From NCBI GenBank assembly GCA_051294375.1, contig CM119271.1, forward strand, positions 4,783,579-4,847,578: 64,000 nucleotides of DNA. The letters are read 5' to 3'. The translations under genes and the position numbers were made by a program. Below, piece after piece: positions 34,144 to 46,700 of the stretch. Under the pieces are notes generated by a model. It did no database searches. It saw only the letters and a program-made list of their open reading frames with translations, and was not told the origin of the DNA. The stretch is from Paraspadella gotoi. Lineage: Eukaryota; Animalia; Chaetognatha. Each line of letters starts with the position of its first letter. The stretch's first letter is position 1.

Positions 34144-37100
34144 CTAAAGAACAGCAGTGAGTGCGGTTTTAATGTCCTTCAACAACAAGGAGCCGAACAT
34201 CATCTTCTCCGCGTTCACCGTGACGGCTACGTCATTATCCCGTTTGACCAACGTCACCAACGTCAACGCCCCAATCGCCATGGATTTGGCGGCCATTTTG
34301 ACGACACCGTCCTCGACGGAGGCAACTTGGCCGAAGGCGCCGGCAGAGAGTACGGCGTCGACGAGTGTCTGCATAGAAGGCGGGGACGATCCAGCGATGG
34401 GTACCGTCCCAGAGTGCTCGTTCATCCCGGCAAGCTTCTTTCGCTCCTTGGCGAAGTCGTCCACGCTTAGGGCGCAGGCGCGTTGGAGTTCCCCGACCGA
34501 TGGCATGACAGAGAGCGAGTGAATTCGGCCGGAGATGTCGAGGTCAAAGGAGACCTTTTGCATGGAATCGTTGAAATCGATGCCGATCGTCGCTAAAGTT
34601 AGTGGGAATTATGGACCAATGTTTAGAGTTTAGAGTTAAAAACTTATAAACTTATAAAACTTATAACTTATCAATTAATGTTGTCCATGATATAGTCTCC
34701 GACATTAACACATTTTCTTACCCGATGTCCTCCCTCCCTTAGCAGGGATCGACGAAATAGAAGAGAATTCGTAAAACTTCATCCCATTGGGAACTCTCTT
34801 CTCGCCGACCTTAATCCTCTCCATGGGTTCGTCGGCGTCGTTGATGAAGACGAGTTCTACTGTGGCGGCGCGGTCAGAATGAAGGTTCGGCGCCCGAGTA
34901 AAGCGATGACTTACCCGCAGCCCGCCACCTGCAAGACCGCCCAGCAGCTCCTTGAGCGGCGCCGAGTAACTGGAAACATAGGTGGCTGGAGCGGCGATTG
35001 CAGCGGCGGCGGTGGGAGCGACGTCGCCGTCCAGCAGCGACACTGCCGCCATCTTGGGGGCGAGAAGGAGACCACCCGTAGCCGGCATCAAGGGCATGGT
35101 GGAAGTAGGGCTACCGATGGCGTCAAAGTCGAGAAGGTCGACGAGTTTGGACGACGGTGCCGCTGTGGCCAAATTTGGTGCTTGTTTAGTCTTTGACGCC
35201 GACTTGGCCCCCTTTTTTAAGGCCTTAGCATCCCGTCGACGCTTTTCCTCCTCCTCCTCTTCTTCCTCCTCCGATTCTTCGCTTTCGTCCGACTCTTCCT
35301 CTTCTTCCTCCTCTTCCTCGTCAGTCTCAACAGTCTCGACCTTGAGCGGCTTCGACGGGGGATTCGGCGTCGACGGGGGATTCGAGGATCCGACTGCCTT
35401 GTCGACGACCTCTCGCTCTTCGTCAGAGTCTGATTCCGACTCGGATTCTGGCAGGAAGATAAAGAATATTCATTTTTTTTTTTCATTCATAAATCTTTTT
35501 CGTTCTATTTTAATACAACTATTTAAAAAAAAAAAACTTTTTCGCACCCGATTCGTCGGAGTTCTCTTCTCCAGAATCGGCGGATTCCGTTGTTCCCGAA
35601 GTCTCGTCCTCGTCGTCATCATCTTCGTCGTCTTCTTCTTCCGATTCTGAGTAGAACCCTTTTTCCGTGGACGTCACTCGTTCTGAACCTAAAAATTGTC
35701 AAATACTCATTTTGACAGAATTTCTCGCGCCGAAACGAGCACCCGACCAAACGTACGTCAGATAATTTTAATTTTCTCAGCCCAACGTTAAAAAGGTGTT
35801 GGGTAGTCCGACTAGATTTCCCTCATCGTCTCCTTTTACCTCCGAGCGATGTGACCATCCCTATGGAAGCCTTAGCGATTGGTGTCGACACTTCCACCAC
35901 GCGAACGGAAGGATCTGGCGCAACGACAGGAAAATCCGGAAGACATTGATACCCGTTGGCGCGAGCGCCTGCGGGGATAAAGGAAGACTGTCAAATGTTC
36001 AAATCTACGCCATCGAAAAATTGTACAGCCAGACGACACTTCTCATACCGATTATGTGAGACAACGTTCCCAGTTGATACTGATCAAAATCCTTGAACTT
36101 TGACTCGAGCACCGGCGCGGGTTTCGTCGAGAGGAAAATCTTCTTCACGTGTTTCGACAGGATTCCCTTTGGTTGAGAGTCCGTTTCATCGGGAATGATC
36201 ATCTTCCTGAAAAATGAAAGGAGAAACTTATTATTAGATTAATACTTAAAATTATCTATAGACGTAGTATAGTATCGCTTTTACATATGTACTTCCATTC
36301 AAAAGTAACCTGAGAAATCGAGCGCGATCTCTGATGTCGTAATTTTGATCGTATTTGGCCAATTGGAATACGTATTGAGCCAAAAGAGACGTTTGCTTCG
36401 GGTTCGTAATATTGAGTTTTGCCGCGAGATTGAGAATCTGCGATAGGCATATAAAACTATAGGGCGACAACAAAAAAAAATAACAATAAGGCGCACGTAG
36501 TACTTCCAAAATTTTAAGAACAAAACTTTTGAGGAGTAGGAAACACAAACCTGAAGTTTGACGATGTCCTCCTCATTCGTAAAGTTTTTCGCCATGACCC
36601 GAAGAACGTCGGGGGCGATCTTGGGCACTTGGTCCGAATACTCGCCCAACAGCCAAAGAATTGAGGCCCGGGCCATGGGCACGGTAATATCGTGCACCAG
36701 CTTGGCCATGTGCGTGATTATGGTCTTGTGCTCAGACGGTTGTGTCTGCAGCAACTTCTTGACGACGACGACCGACTCGGCCACGACCGCCTCGTCCTTT
36801 TTCGAGAGGAGAGAGACGAGGCCATTGAGGCAGGTGTCGGAGACGCCTGGATGGTAGTGGTAGGATTTTTTTTTCTACTGTATAGTAAAAGGGGCACATA
36901 GAAGCTTAGTGATAAACAGAACCGGACTCACCCTCGATGTTGGAGGCGCACCGCCCTATCGCCTGGATGGTGGCGGCGACGAACTCCTTGTCGGTCTGCG
37001 AGATGTAAGTCTGGAATTCCCTCAAGATGGCGGAGATGTTGGCCTCGTTCGCCAGATTAGTTAGGATCTCGAGCTTGAGGAGACGAATATGGAGCGGGTC

Positions 37101-39757
37101 CGAGTTGGAGCGGACGAAGAACGACTTGAGGTAAGGTTCGAAGAGATCCTTCCGTCGCAGCGACATGGAAACGATGTTGCTGAGGACCACGTATTGGCCT
37201 TCCAGGCAAGATAAAAAAAAAGATGAATTTCACGCATTCTTTTTCTCTTTAATACCCAACTCGTCGCCAACGTTACCTTCCCTGTGACTCCTGAGCAGCC
37301 GCACCAGGGCCTTGACACACTGGGCGACCTCCGCTTTTGGTGCCAAGTAATAATATAGCTGGGCTACCGCCATGACAACGGCGTTGTTTCGGCTCTGCAG
37401 CAAGGGTTTGCACGTGCGCAGTAGCAGACGGTGGTCGGGATCCATGGAGACGCGCGGGGGCGGGGCCTCCGCCGGGGACGATTTCGAATCGGAGTCCGGG
37501 TAAAAGTTTTTCGGGTCGTCCGGATCAGTCGCGTGATCGATGCCTTAAAAAAAGCCAAATAAAATATGTCATTAACGGGTGTTTTTTTTTATTGTTTTTT
37601 TTTAAATTCTTTAATTTTTTTCTCTTTCACTTTTACTTGCCTTTATTAGGATCGACGAATTGGGTCCGAGCGTATCGAGTGAGCATGTTGATGATTATCA
37701 CTTGCCCCCACTCGTCCACGTCGACCAAAAGAGCGCAAAGTTTGCGGTAGTTTTTGTGGATGAGGTCGATGCGATCGGGGCAGACTTCCTCGAAGGCCGC
37801 TACGACGGCGCCTTGCATTGGATTAAAGGGAAGTTTGATTGTAATGCTGCATGCCCTTTTGAATGTACTGTTTCAACTAATTGTTGTAACGAATAAAACA
37901 TATTATGGACAATTGGACATGTATCTTAAATTTGTTTCCCCACGATTATCAAGATAACATACCGGCGACCAAAGTGGTCTTGTCCGCCAACAGCTTTTCG
38001 ATGACTTGTACGCACTCTTCCTTTTGCTCCGGATCCAAGCTATACAGTTTGGGAATGGCGACGGCGGCAGTTTTGCGAACATAGGGCGACATGTCCGACG
38101 CAGATTCCTTATGAAATTTGTCCAACCAATATAAAATTATCCATTCATTTAATACGTACCTGCCTTACTTATCAATGTTTTTTATGTTGTAACAGATAGT
38201 TTCGTATTATATTACCAAATGAGTTTATCAATCATCGGTTTATGTTCTGTTTCAATATTTGGCCTATTTTTGGGTCTCACTATGCTTATTTAATATTTAT
38301 ATTGTTTAATATTTATCGACTCACCTTTATGGCCAGCATCATGATGGGAACGATAACTGGGACGCGAATGGAAGAAAGCACTCGTAATGCAGATGCGCGA
38401 ATCAGCTGATTAGGATCCTGAAAAGAGCGAAATACTCTAATACTCTAATTTCGTAAAAAGCTAATAATTAAAGCGGATAATCGGAAACCTCAAAATAGGT
38501 TGTCTCACCTTCAACGCCCTCTGAAAAGTGGCGATGGAAAGCAGGGCTAGATCCTGTTGTTCCTCCGCGTAACGAACGAGGTACACGTAGACGAGCTTCT
38601 TGACCTCGAGGTTCTTGGAAACGACGTTTTTTACGACGGCGGGGAATAAATCTGAAGCGTCCTTGCCTTTGGCCACCATGCCTAAAAACGAGGAGGTTGA
38701 AAATTTTTTTTTTTCTTAGTGTAATAATCCTTTCTCTTTCTTTGTGCCAGGATATTTACTATCTAGGAAAAAAGTATATGACATTTTTAATAAAAGATAT
38801 CTACTCGAAAACTTATTTAATTTAAAAAAATTCAAAACGTTTCCGAATCTATATTAAATTTCCTTTCAGTAGCTTCCTTCTATTTATTTTAAGTTAAATC
38901 GTTTAGAAGTTACAGGCAAAAAAATATTGTTACTTCAAATGAAAAATGGCAAAAAAAAAAAAAAATTAATTTTCTACCATTTTTGGTATTTAATTATTTA
39001 TTTTTATTTTAAATAGAGTTGGTTATTTTTTAAATATTTTTTAATTTGACAATGCTAAAGGCCTTGCACCTCTTTCTGGTTCAAAAAAGTATTATTATAG
39101 CTCTCAGAAAAGAAGGAAAGATGCGAAATATTAATATCGGGGCTGCACAAAATTGCGTTAAAGATGTCTAAAACATTTCACTGTCATACCTCAATTTGCT
39201 ATATAAGAGCATACCCAAACAAAAGCAGGCAGTAATGTTTTATATACTTTTTATTGAATAAATTAATTATGTCATATACTTTTTTCCTAGATAGTAGTGA
39301 AAAAAATTTGAAGTAAACTTTACAACGATTTTATTAGTGAATTAGTTTTTTTTCTTGAACAATGCACACTGCTTAGCCCTTATGTTTTTTGAACTTCTAA
39401 ACTATTCCGGGGCCAACTTTTTCATTCTCGCTCGAGAAGTATCAGTAGGTACTTGATTATTGTTATTCTCCCCCCCTGTTTTCATTTCTTTCTGAACAAA
39501 AACAACCTACCGATTATCCGTTTCATGGCCTCGAGCTTCTGCTGATCCTTGTTTCCTTCCAGCATCTGGCGTAGGTCTTCGTGACGGCTGTTGCGGTAGT
39601 CGGGCGAGAAGAAGTTATGGGAGGCGGGGTCGACGCCGACATCGACGGCGCCCTCGCCCGATCCCGTCGAGCCAGCGTGCTCCACAGGGCCGCTCGCGAT
39701 CGCATTGGGATCCACCGAGGCGGTGCCCGATGACGTGTTGTTGTAGCCCCCACTCAT
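34144..39757 (-). CDS. AP3B1: AP-3 complex subunit beta, about 14 exons (39757-39511, 38681-38509, 38417-38325, 38107-37963, 37811-37641, 37543-37277, 37198-36932, 36846-36551, 36437-36310, 36206-36049, 35968-~35840, 35688-35548, 35447-34722, 34592-34144)
   Basis: [84 protein letters not shown], acidic hinge, GIDFNDS ear domain. This is an invertebrate AP3B1/2 co-ortholog. Confidence 0.95.
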
Positions 39758-39887
39758 GCCCGATAGTCACCGCTAGTGTGATATAGGTATTTCGAGCGAA
39801 TAAGTGACAACGAATGCTTGGTTGTGGGGTATTTTAAAAAAATTTAATAATAATTCAACAGGTTTGACAACAAAACGGAAAGCAATA

Positions 39888-40646
39888 CATGGTGACAATT
39901 TTACAAGCGCCGGTAAAAAAACGCTGTCATTTGCAAACCAGTGATTATTTCATTGATTTTAAAAATTATTTGAGTAGAAAATATTAAAGTAATTTATATG
40001 TTCAAATTTTATATTGATCAGTTAAGATATGCCTTGACAGTGAGTGGAGAAAGTTGGCTTGTAAAATCGGGTTTCATTTTCCAACTCACTTTTTTTAGAT
40101 TCAATTTTTTTCTCTTACTTTCAGTAAGTTTTTTGAAAAAATTTGAAATAAAATAATATTAATATTATTATCTTTTGAAAGCCCTTTCAAATCTAAATAG
40201 AACGACGTATTTACAAATGCTGTAGTATAAAATTTAACCGGGCCAGCTTTAATTTAATTAAGATACTCAAAAATGAGACATCTTTTCAAAAATCAATAAC
40301 TGGAGGGTAAATTTAAGATTTTTATCAAATTGTGATTGGCTATCTTAAATCTTTTTTTTTCAGGCTCTTTCATGATACTTATATAAACAATAATATTTTA
40401 TATTATAATAATTTAAACAGGTCATATATTTTAAAAAAAGATTTTAAATTTTACATAATTTACTTTTGATTCTCTAAATTGAATCAAGGCTGGGCAGCTT
40501 AATTTTTATGTTAGAGCTTTCGTAAGTATATCATTCTTTTTATTTTTTTAAGGGATTTCTGAGGATAGTAATATTATTAATATTTTAATAAATACTTTTA
40601 ATAAAGACAGCGTTTTTTTACCGGCGCTTGTAAAATTGTCACCATG
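39888..40646. mobile_element. 759-bp MITE with perfect 41-bp TIRs and TA target-site duplication (Tc1/mariner-like)
   Basis: CATGGTGACAATTTTACAAGCGCCGGTAAAAAAACGCTGTC at 39888-39928 and its exact reverse complement at 40606-40646. TA at 39886-39887 and 40647-40648. AT-rich non-coding interior. Confidence 0.92.
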
Positions 40647-40709
40647 TAGAGTTAAAAAATATGCCAAAAAAATCATCCAGGTTAGTTCAATTCTATTTAT
40701 TCGTTTCGC

Positions 40710-42113
40710 TCATTGTTTTCGAGGCACCAGAGATAAAGGTTGTATACTTTCTCCGGGATCGTCAAGGTTTACGAAGAAGCGATAATCCCCTTCGCCCTTA
40801 AATTCCATTCGGTTGTGACTCGATGTGGAAAGGCGAAGTTCTTTCATCGTCCCATCGAACTCGGGAAGAACGTCGACGTTAAAATCGAAGGCAGAGTCTA
40901 AAAATAGATTAAAACATTATAATGAAACAATATGGTTAGAGTAATTGAATGCAGAGAACGACTTACTTTTCGGATAGAGTTCATCGCCGGGATAAACCGT
41001 CACAACTCCGTCCTTGCATTGTTTAGCCACTGGTTGCCAACGGGGAATCCCCCGTGTCTCGCGCTCCGGACAGAAATCTCGCAACTTATCGAAATCGGAA
41101 AACCGCAAGAGACGAGAGTGCTCGTACATTTGTGGCGGAGGCATCCAGAGTTGACCTTGAACAAAATTGGAAAACGATCTCCTTGGATTGATGGTCTTCT
41201 TATTTCCTACTAATATTCTATGATTTACCTCCGAAATGTAAATTAAGAGCAGTGCGAGAATCAAGCCATTGGGCCTTGACGATTTCTCCTTCATCGGCCG
41301 CGAAATAAGTCGGCATTTCATCCAGCGTCGCTACGTAGAACAGGGTGTCGAAGCGAATCGGTTTTTTGTCATTTTTCGGATCCAGTTTTCCGCTTCGATT
41401 AGCTGGCAAAGAGTAGCGTACATCTTTGATGCTACATCCTGACAAATAAAGCATAACCCGAGTTCGTTCTACCTACTAGCGAGGCTAAGTCCCACGGGCG
41501 TGAGCCAGTTGCTCCACTCATGAAGTCGCCAAACATCCGGAGCCACCTTAAACTCTTCACAAAGTCGCATAAAGTTGGCGGCGTTGTCCTGTACCGCGCG
41601 ACGCCACCTTGTCGTCTCGGCGGCGTCCATATCGACGAAGGCAGACCCTTCGGCGTTGGCTACTAAAAGGATTCCCACTTCCTCGAAAGTCTCCCGGATG
41701 GCGGCGACGCGGAGCGCCAAGTCTAGGGAAAACGACGATGAGTCCTTCGCCTCTGCGATCATCGGCGGCCGCTTCTCTATCGACAAATTGGAGCTGGCGG
41801 GGGGCGGACGACTTCCGGCGAATCGTTCGAGAGTCGACGACCAAGAAGCGTCGCGGTCGGCAGCGTCGACGACGCCGCCGGGAAAAACGAGGGCGCTGGC
41901 CATAAATTTTGACTTGGAGCTTCGAGTCAACATGAGCGACTTAAAGTTTTGTCCCGAGAGCGCGGACGACTCCACGGCCTCGTAGGAATTTTTCGAAGGT
42001 CGCAGAGCTTCGAAGGTGTGGTCCTCAGCTAAAAGGGGCGCAGGGGAGGTCGTCTTGGCCGTCAGCAGCAGCGTCGAAGCGTCGCGCCAGTGCCGCGTGA
42101 GGGCACGCTGCAT
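40710..42113 (-). CDS. NUDT19: Nudix acyl-CoA diphosphatase NUDT19, 4 exons (42113-41477, 41438-41229, 41155-40967, 40897-40710)
   Basis: WRDASTLLL, RSSKSKFMASALVFPGG, RVAAIRETFEEVG (Nudix box), LHEWSNWLTP, RFDTLFY, LWMPPPQMYE, PGDELY. Confidence 0.92.
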
Positions 42114-43769
42114 GACGACCGTCGAAGACTTGCGCGCTTTAAGAGTTAAGATATATAACAATGTTCGTCTGTGAATTTTTAAAAAGGAAAACATTCCAGG
42201 AGAACGTTCCGGATTTTAGAAAGAAAAAAAAGAATCGGGCGTTTTTGTCGTAAATTAATAATTGAAAGCAACGTGACGTTTATAAATTATGAAACTTTTG
42301 TTTGAGTGAAAATTATTTTATTAGTATTTTTTGGTTGTAAAATGGTAAAATTGCGACAGTTTTCATATTTCTTTTTGCGCAAGAGCTTTTCTCTTTCAAA
42401 AAATAAAAAGACGACTGAGACCAATAAGAACGAATATTACAAATGAAAAAAAGAATAAATTATAAGCATAAATGCATAATGATAGCAAAAAATATTGCTA
42501 TTTTCTATTAAATTCAATTTTACGACTGCCGAGATAAATAAAATAGAATACTCGAAAGACAAATAGATAAAAGAACGCACTTATTTCTGATATTATTTCT
42601 ACATACTTAATTTCTAAATTCTAATATTACCCACAACATGCAGGTAGCGAACCTGAAGACTAGTCGGAAATTAGTTTAAAAAAACTCGGCGACAAAATAA
42701 GTTAATACGGACAACAAAAATTTAGTTTAAAAACAACGGCAATCGACAAAACATATAAATATATTAGACCCATTTCACAATTCGAATGACTAGAAACACC
42801 CAGATCAGAGAAAAACAAGATTATCATTATGAAAAAAAGCGAACACGACACGAGAGAATACCGGGATACGGATTTTTTAATTTCTGTCGCAGGTTCGAAT
42901 CTATGCAGATAATACTACGGAATAACGTTCATGCAAAAATCATGTGTAACGAATAAAAAAGTGCAACGATGATACTTTCAATTTACGATAACTTAACAAT
43001 AAATAATAAAGCTCTGTGATGTTAAGTAGTAAATGCTCTTACGCGATCGCACGGATCAACATGGACAGAAACGAGTAAAATCGTTTGATCGCCGTTTTAA
43101 AATTCGCATAGTCAAACGTAATTCAGCGGAGATGGCTTTTTAAAGTGACGGTAACCAATGCACATTTTCTAAAAAACAACAAATCGTTATTCCTCTTTCT
43201 TCATAGTCAAGCCGTGACTTATGAATGAATATACGAATGTGAGTAAAGACGACGATATCCAATGGTGTGAGATAAAACAGTGAAGCAATAATAACAATTT
43301 AATGATTTTTCAATCTTTCTCGTGACTGTCTAGGACTCGGTAAAAGATTCAATTAGCCCTAGATTAATATTGAAATGGATGGTGATTTTTAGTCGTGACT
43401 CTTGTTGTCAATGTGGTATTAAATTAAAACTGAATTCGGATATGATCATTTGCTTCATAATTTCATGTAATGTTTGGGCAGCGAAATCTCGTCGAACGTC
43501 AACAAAAAAAAAGCAAAACTGTCAAAAAATCATCTACTCTATGGGGTTTTAAATTACTAATAATCTACTAAACAAAAACATGCCGCAAGAAGAGAATTCA
43601 TTGTCGGCGGATGAAAAAAAATGAGTAAAAATAAGTCAAATCTTCCATCGTTGATCGATAAAGACCTTCACGAGCGTTCTTTTCTTTTTTTTGGTGGGGA
43701 GATGTCGATCGAAAAACCACGCCCATCACTCCGAAAGCATTTGGCGGAAAAAGTGAGCGTGGCAATGCA

Positions 43770-46700
43770 TCAGATCGGCGAGCCGCTGGAACCGTGATTT
43801 CTAGCCGGTGACGCGGAACCAGTGAATGTGACGCTAGAAGACGACGAGGAATCAACGTAGTTGGGATTATAGGGCGGGTGACTAATCTCGGCTGGCTGAT
43901 AAGGGGGCAAATCTGCCGGATCGTAAGGGGGCAAACCGTCGCCGCGGAGGATCGGCGAGGGGGCGACGCGAATCACCGAGTGGCAGATGTCGTCTTTCGG
44001 CCCATCGGTGGAGGTGTAAACAGATCTAGAGTGGGGGAGGGGGGGGGAGACGGACATAAAGGTCGTAGGATAATCGTTCAATAAAAACTTTAATTCGACC
44101 AGGATCCCCCTCAAGAAACCTGGTATTAGCGTGATCGATGAGGTATTGCGACGAAGTGACGGCGCCGTTGGCTACGGGGACGCAGACGACGGCGGCGACG
44201 GGAAGGGGCGTGGCTTCGACGTCGGCGGAAGCACCCGGAGGCGGCGAGATGTATAGAAAACGCGGGTGCGGCTCCGGATGGCAGACGGCGCGGCAGCACA
44301 GGGTGGAGCACCAAATGGACGCGGCCGTTGAGAGGACGGCGAGCAGAAGCAGCGAAGAATCAAGAAGGATCGAGGTCAAGTAGCCCAAGCGGGTACAGCC
44401 GTACCATTTTTTTTCCTTCGAGGAGATCTTTGGGTCGGTGTGGAAAAGAGTAAAGGGTGTTTATGAGATACACGCTTTTTTTCTCCCTACCAAGGTTTAC
44501 ATTAAAAATTTTATTATTGACCTGCGATGCAAGTTATCTAAAAATATCCGTATTTTCTCTAAAACAAACAAAAACAAAATAAAAAATCTTAAAAGTATAG
44601 TGATCTCGCCAGACTTTACTATCAAAGATTTTTTTTTTCTGAAATAAAAGAAACAATTTGACAGTTAATACGATAAAAAGATAAAACAATAAAAGAAACA
44701 AAACAAAAAAAGACTGATTGATGCGATAAAAATTATTATTGTAATAGTAATTGATTTATGTAATAGTAATTGAGTGAGTAATGTAATAATAATTAATTGA
44801 TTGATGTAATAGTAATTGATTGTTGATGCGATGATAACCAAAGATTGATATGATGATAACCAAATGATGGATGTGATGATAGTCATTCATTGATGCGATG
44901 ATAATCATTCATTGACGTAATGATAATCATTCATTGACGTAATGATAATCATTCATTGACGTAATGATAATCATTCATTGACGTGTTGATAATCATTCAT
45001 TGACGTGTTGATAATCATTCATTGACATGTTGATAATCATTCATTAACGTGTTGATAATTATTCATTGATGTGATAATTCTAACGGGGGAGCATCTTATA
45101 TTATTATTTATTGTTGACCTTATGGTTAGTGGTAGAATGCTCGCATTGTTCTTTTTGCTGTTCTACTTGATAATGTTTATGAATTAATATAAAGAGAAGC
45201 AATAGTGGTCAATTACATTATTTATTGTATTATCAACTTAACATTATATTATTATTATGCACAAGATACATAATGGTTATTATATTATAAGTGGTAAGCT
45301 AAGAAAAGGGCATAGTGGTTCAAACCGACCCTGAAATCCTAGCTGATTAATAGCTAGGCCTTTGACAATAACAATCTTCTATCAAACATGAGCCAGTCTC
45401 CCAGAACAAGAAAAATACTTCCATTTATAAAGCGACAATACTACTATGAAATATTTGAATAATAATTGGAAAACTAAAACATTATTAAAACCTATTAAAA
45501 CTATTGCTAAAACCGTAAAATATAGAACTATTATGAAAACTGTATCAAAAGATATGAGAAATGGTCCAAACTACTACAATATGTAAATGAGATTGAAGAA
45601 CTCAATCTCATTTGAAATGAACCACAAATTATTCTGCTACATACGTCACAACCACGGTAAAATAAAACGTCCTCGTTTTATAAAGTTCGAAACGAAGTAA
45701 AGAACGATAAAACAGAGTTAAGTAACATGAAGTGAAGAATGATGTGAAGAAGTAATCCATATCCAGATGAGGGCAATCACGAGGAAGTTGTTTTGTGAAG
45801 TCCAAAAGGAAGTGAAGTGAAGAAACGACACAGAGATTGAGTTGGCCCACACAAATTGAAGAATGATGAGATGGATAAAGTGATGCCACACAAAGATGGA
45901 AATTATGGAAAGAAAGTAGTATGAAATAGTTTTATGCAATTTAATATAGATTTGAAATCTGAATTGTACTAAGTGGATTCAATTGTTCAAGCCACATTGA
46001 GTGGATATGAATTTCATGTTTCATGATTATTTTTATGCTTTGTTTTTATGTTTTGTTAAAAATGATGTAAGTTACTTGAAATGTATGTAAAATAATTAAT
46101 TGAAAAAAAGCGATGTATAAATTAAAGAATGGAAAAGTTGTTATTAATTGAAAAGCTGTTATGAAAAATAAAAATTTCCAAAGTAGTTGTGTGTTTTTGT
46201 TCTGTAAAAAATATATTTAATTCAATTTTGAGATCATTCACAATGAAATGCATTTTTTTTTTTTTAAATTGATGAAATGTGGAACAATTCTGTAGAGAAA
46301 ACTTGGGATTTATTCTGAATCAGATTCGTGTTCATATCTTCTTGGGCCTCTTTCATAATCTTGTAAATAAGGTTGGTCAGGGAATTCTTCATATCTATTT
46401 TTTGTTATAATAGTGATCAGTTGAATATGGTGACCAGTCGTCTTGTGGGCCATGGTAATTATGGCGATATCTTTCTTCGGAGTTATGATACCCCTTGTGA
46501 TAATCTGGCTGTTGACTTTGAAAGTGATCTTGAGTGTTAGTAATTTTTATCTTTGGGATAGAAAATCAAATTTTTGGTCATATTTTGACCTTTCAAAGCT
46601 GGAAGAGTAATGGTCTTGTTCTTTCTTTCTATTCATCCTTATTTCATCAAGTAATCCATTAATGCTTGAGTTGGTTTCTTGCTGTGCCTCTAATTGGTGC

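Noticed and set aside
44820-45078. Regular 22-bp repeats resembling a CRISPR array (also 24795-24905 and 49406-49645)
   Set aside because: The units are head-to-tail with no unique spacers, no cas genes are present, and the context is eukaryotic. It is a minisatellite within a HINE-like element.
45123-45144. tRNA-Gly-like sequence as a tRNA gene or SINE
   Set aside because: Only the D-arm region is present, with no anticodon, T-arm or B box. It is treated as an LTR feature instead.
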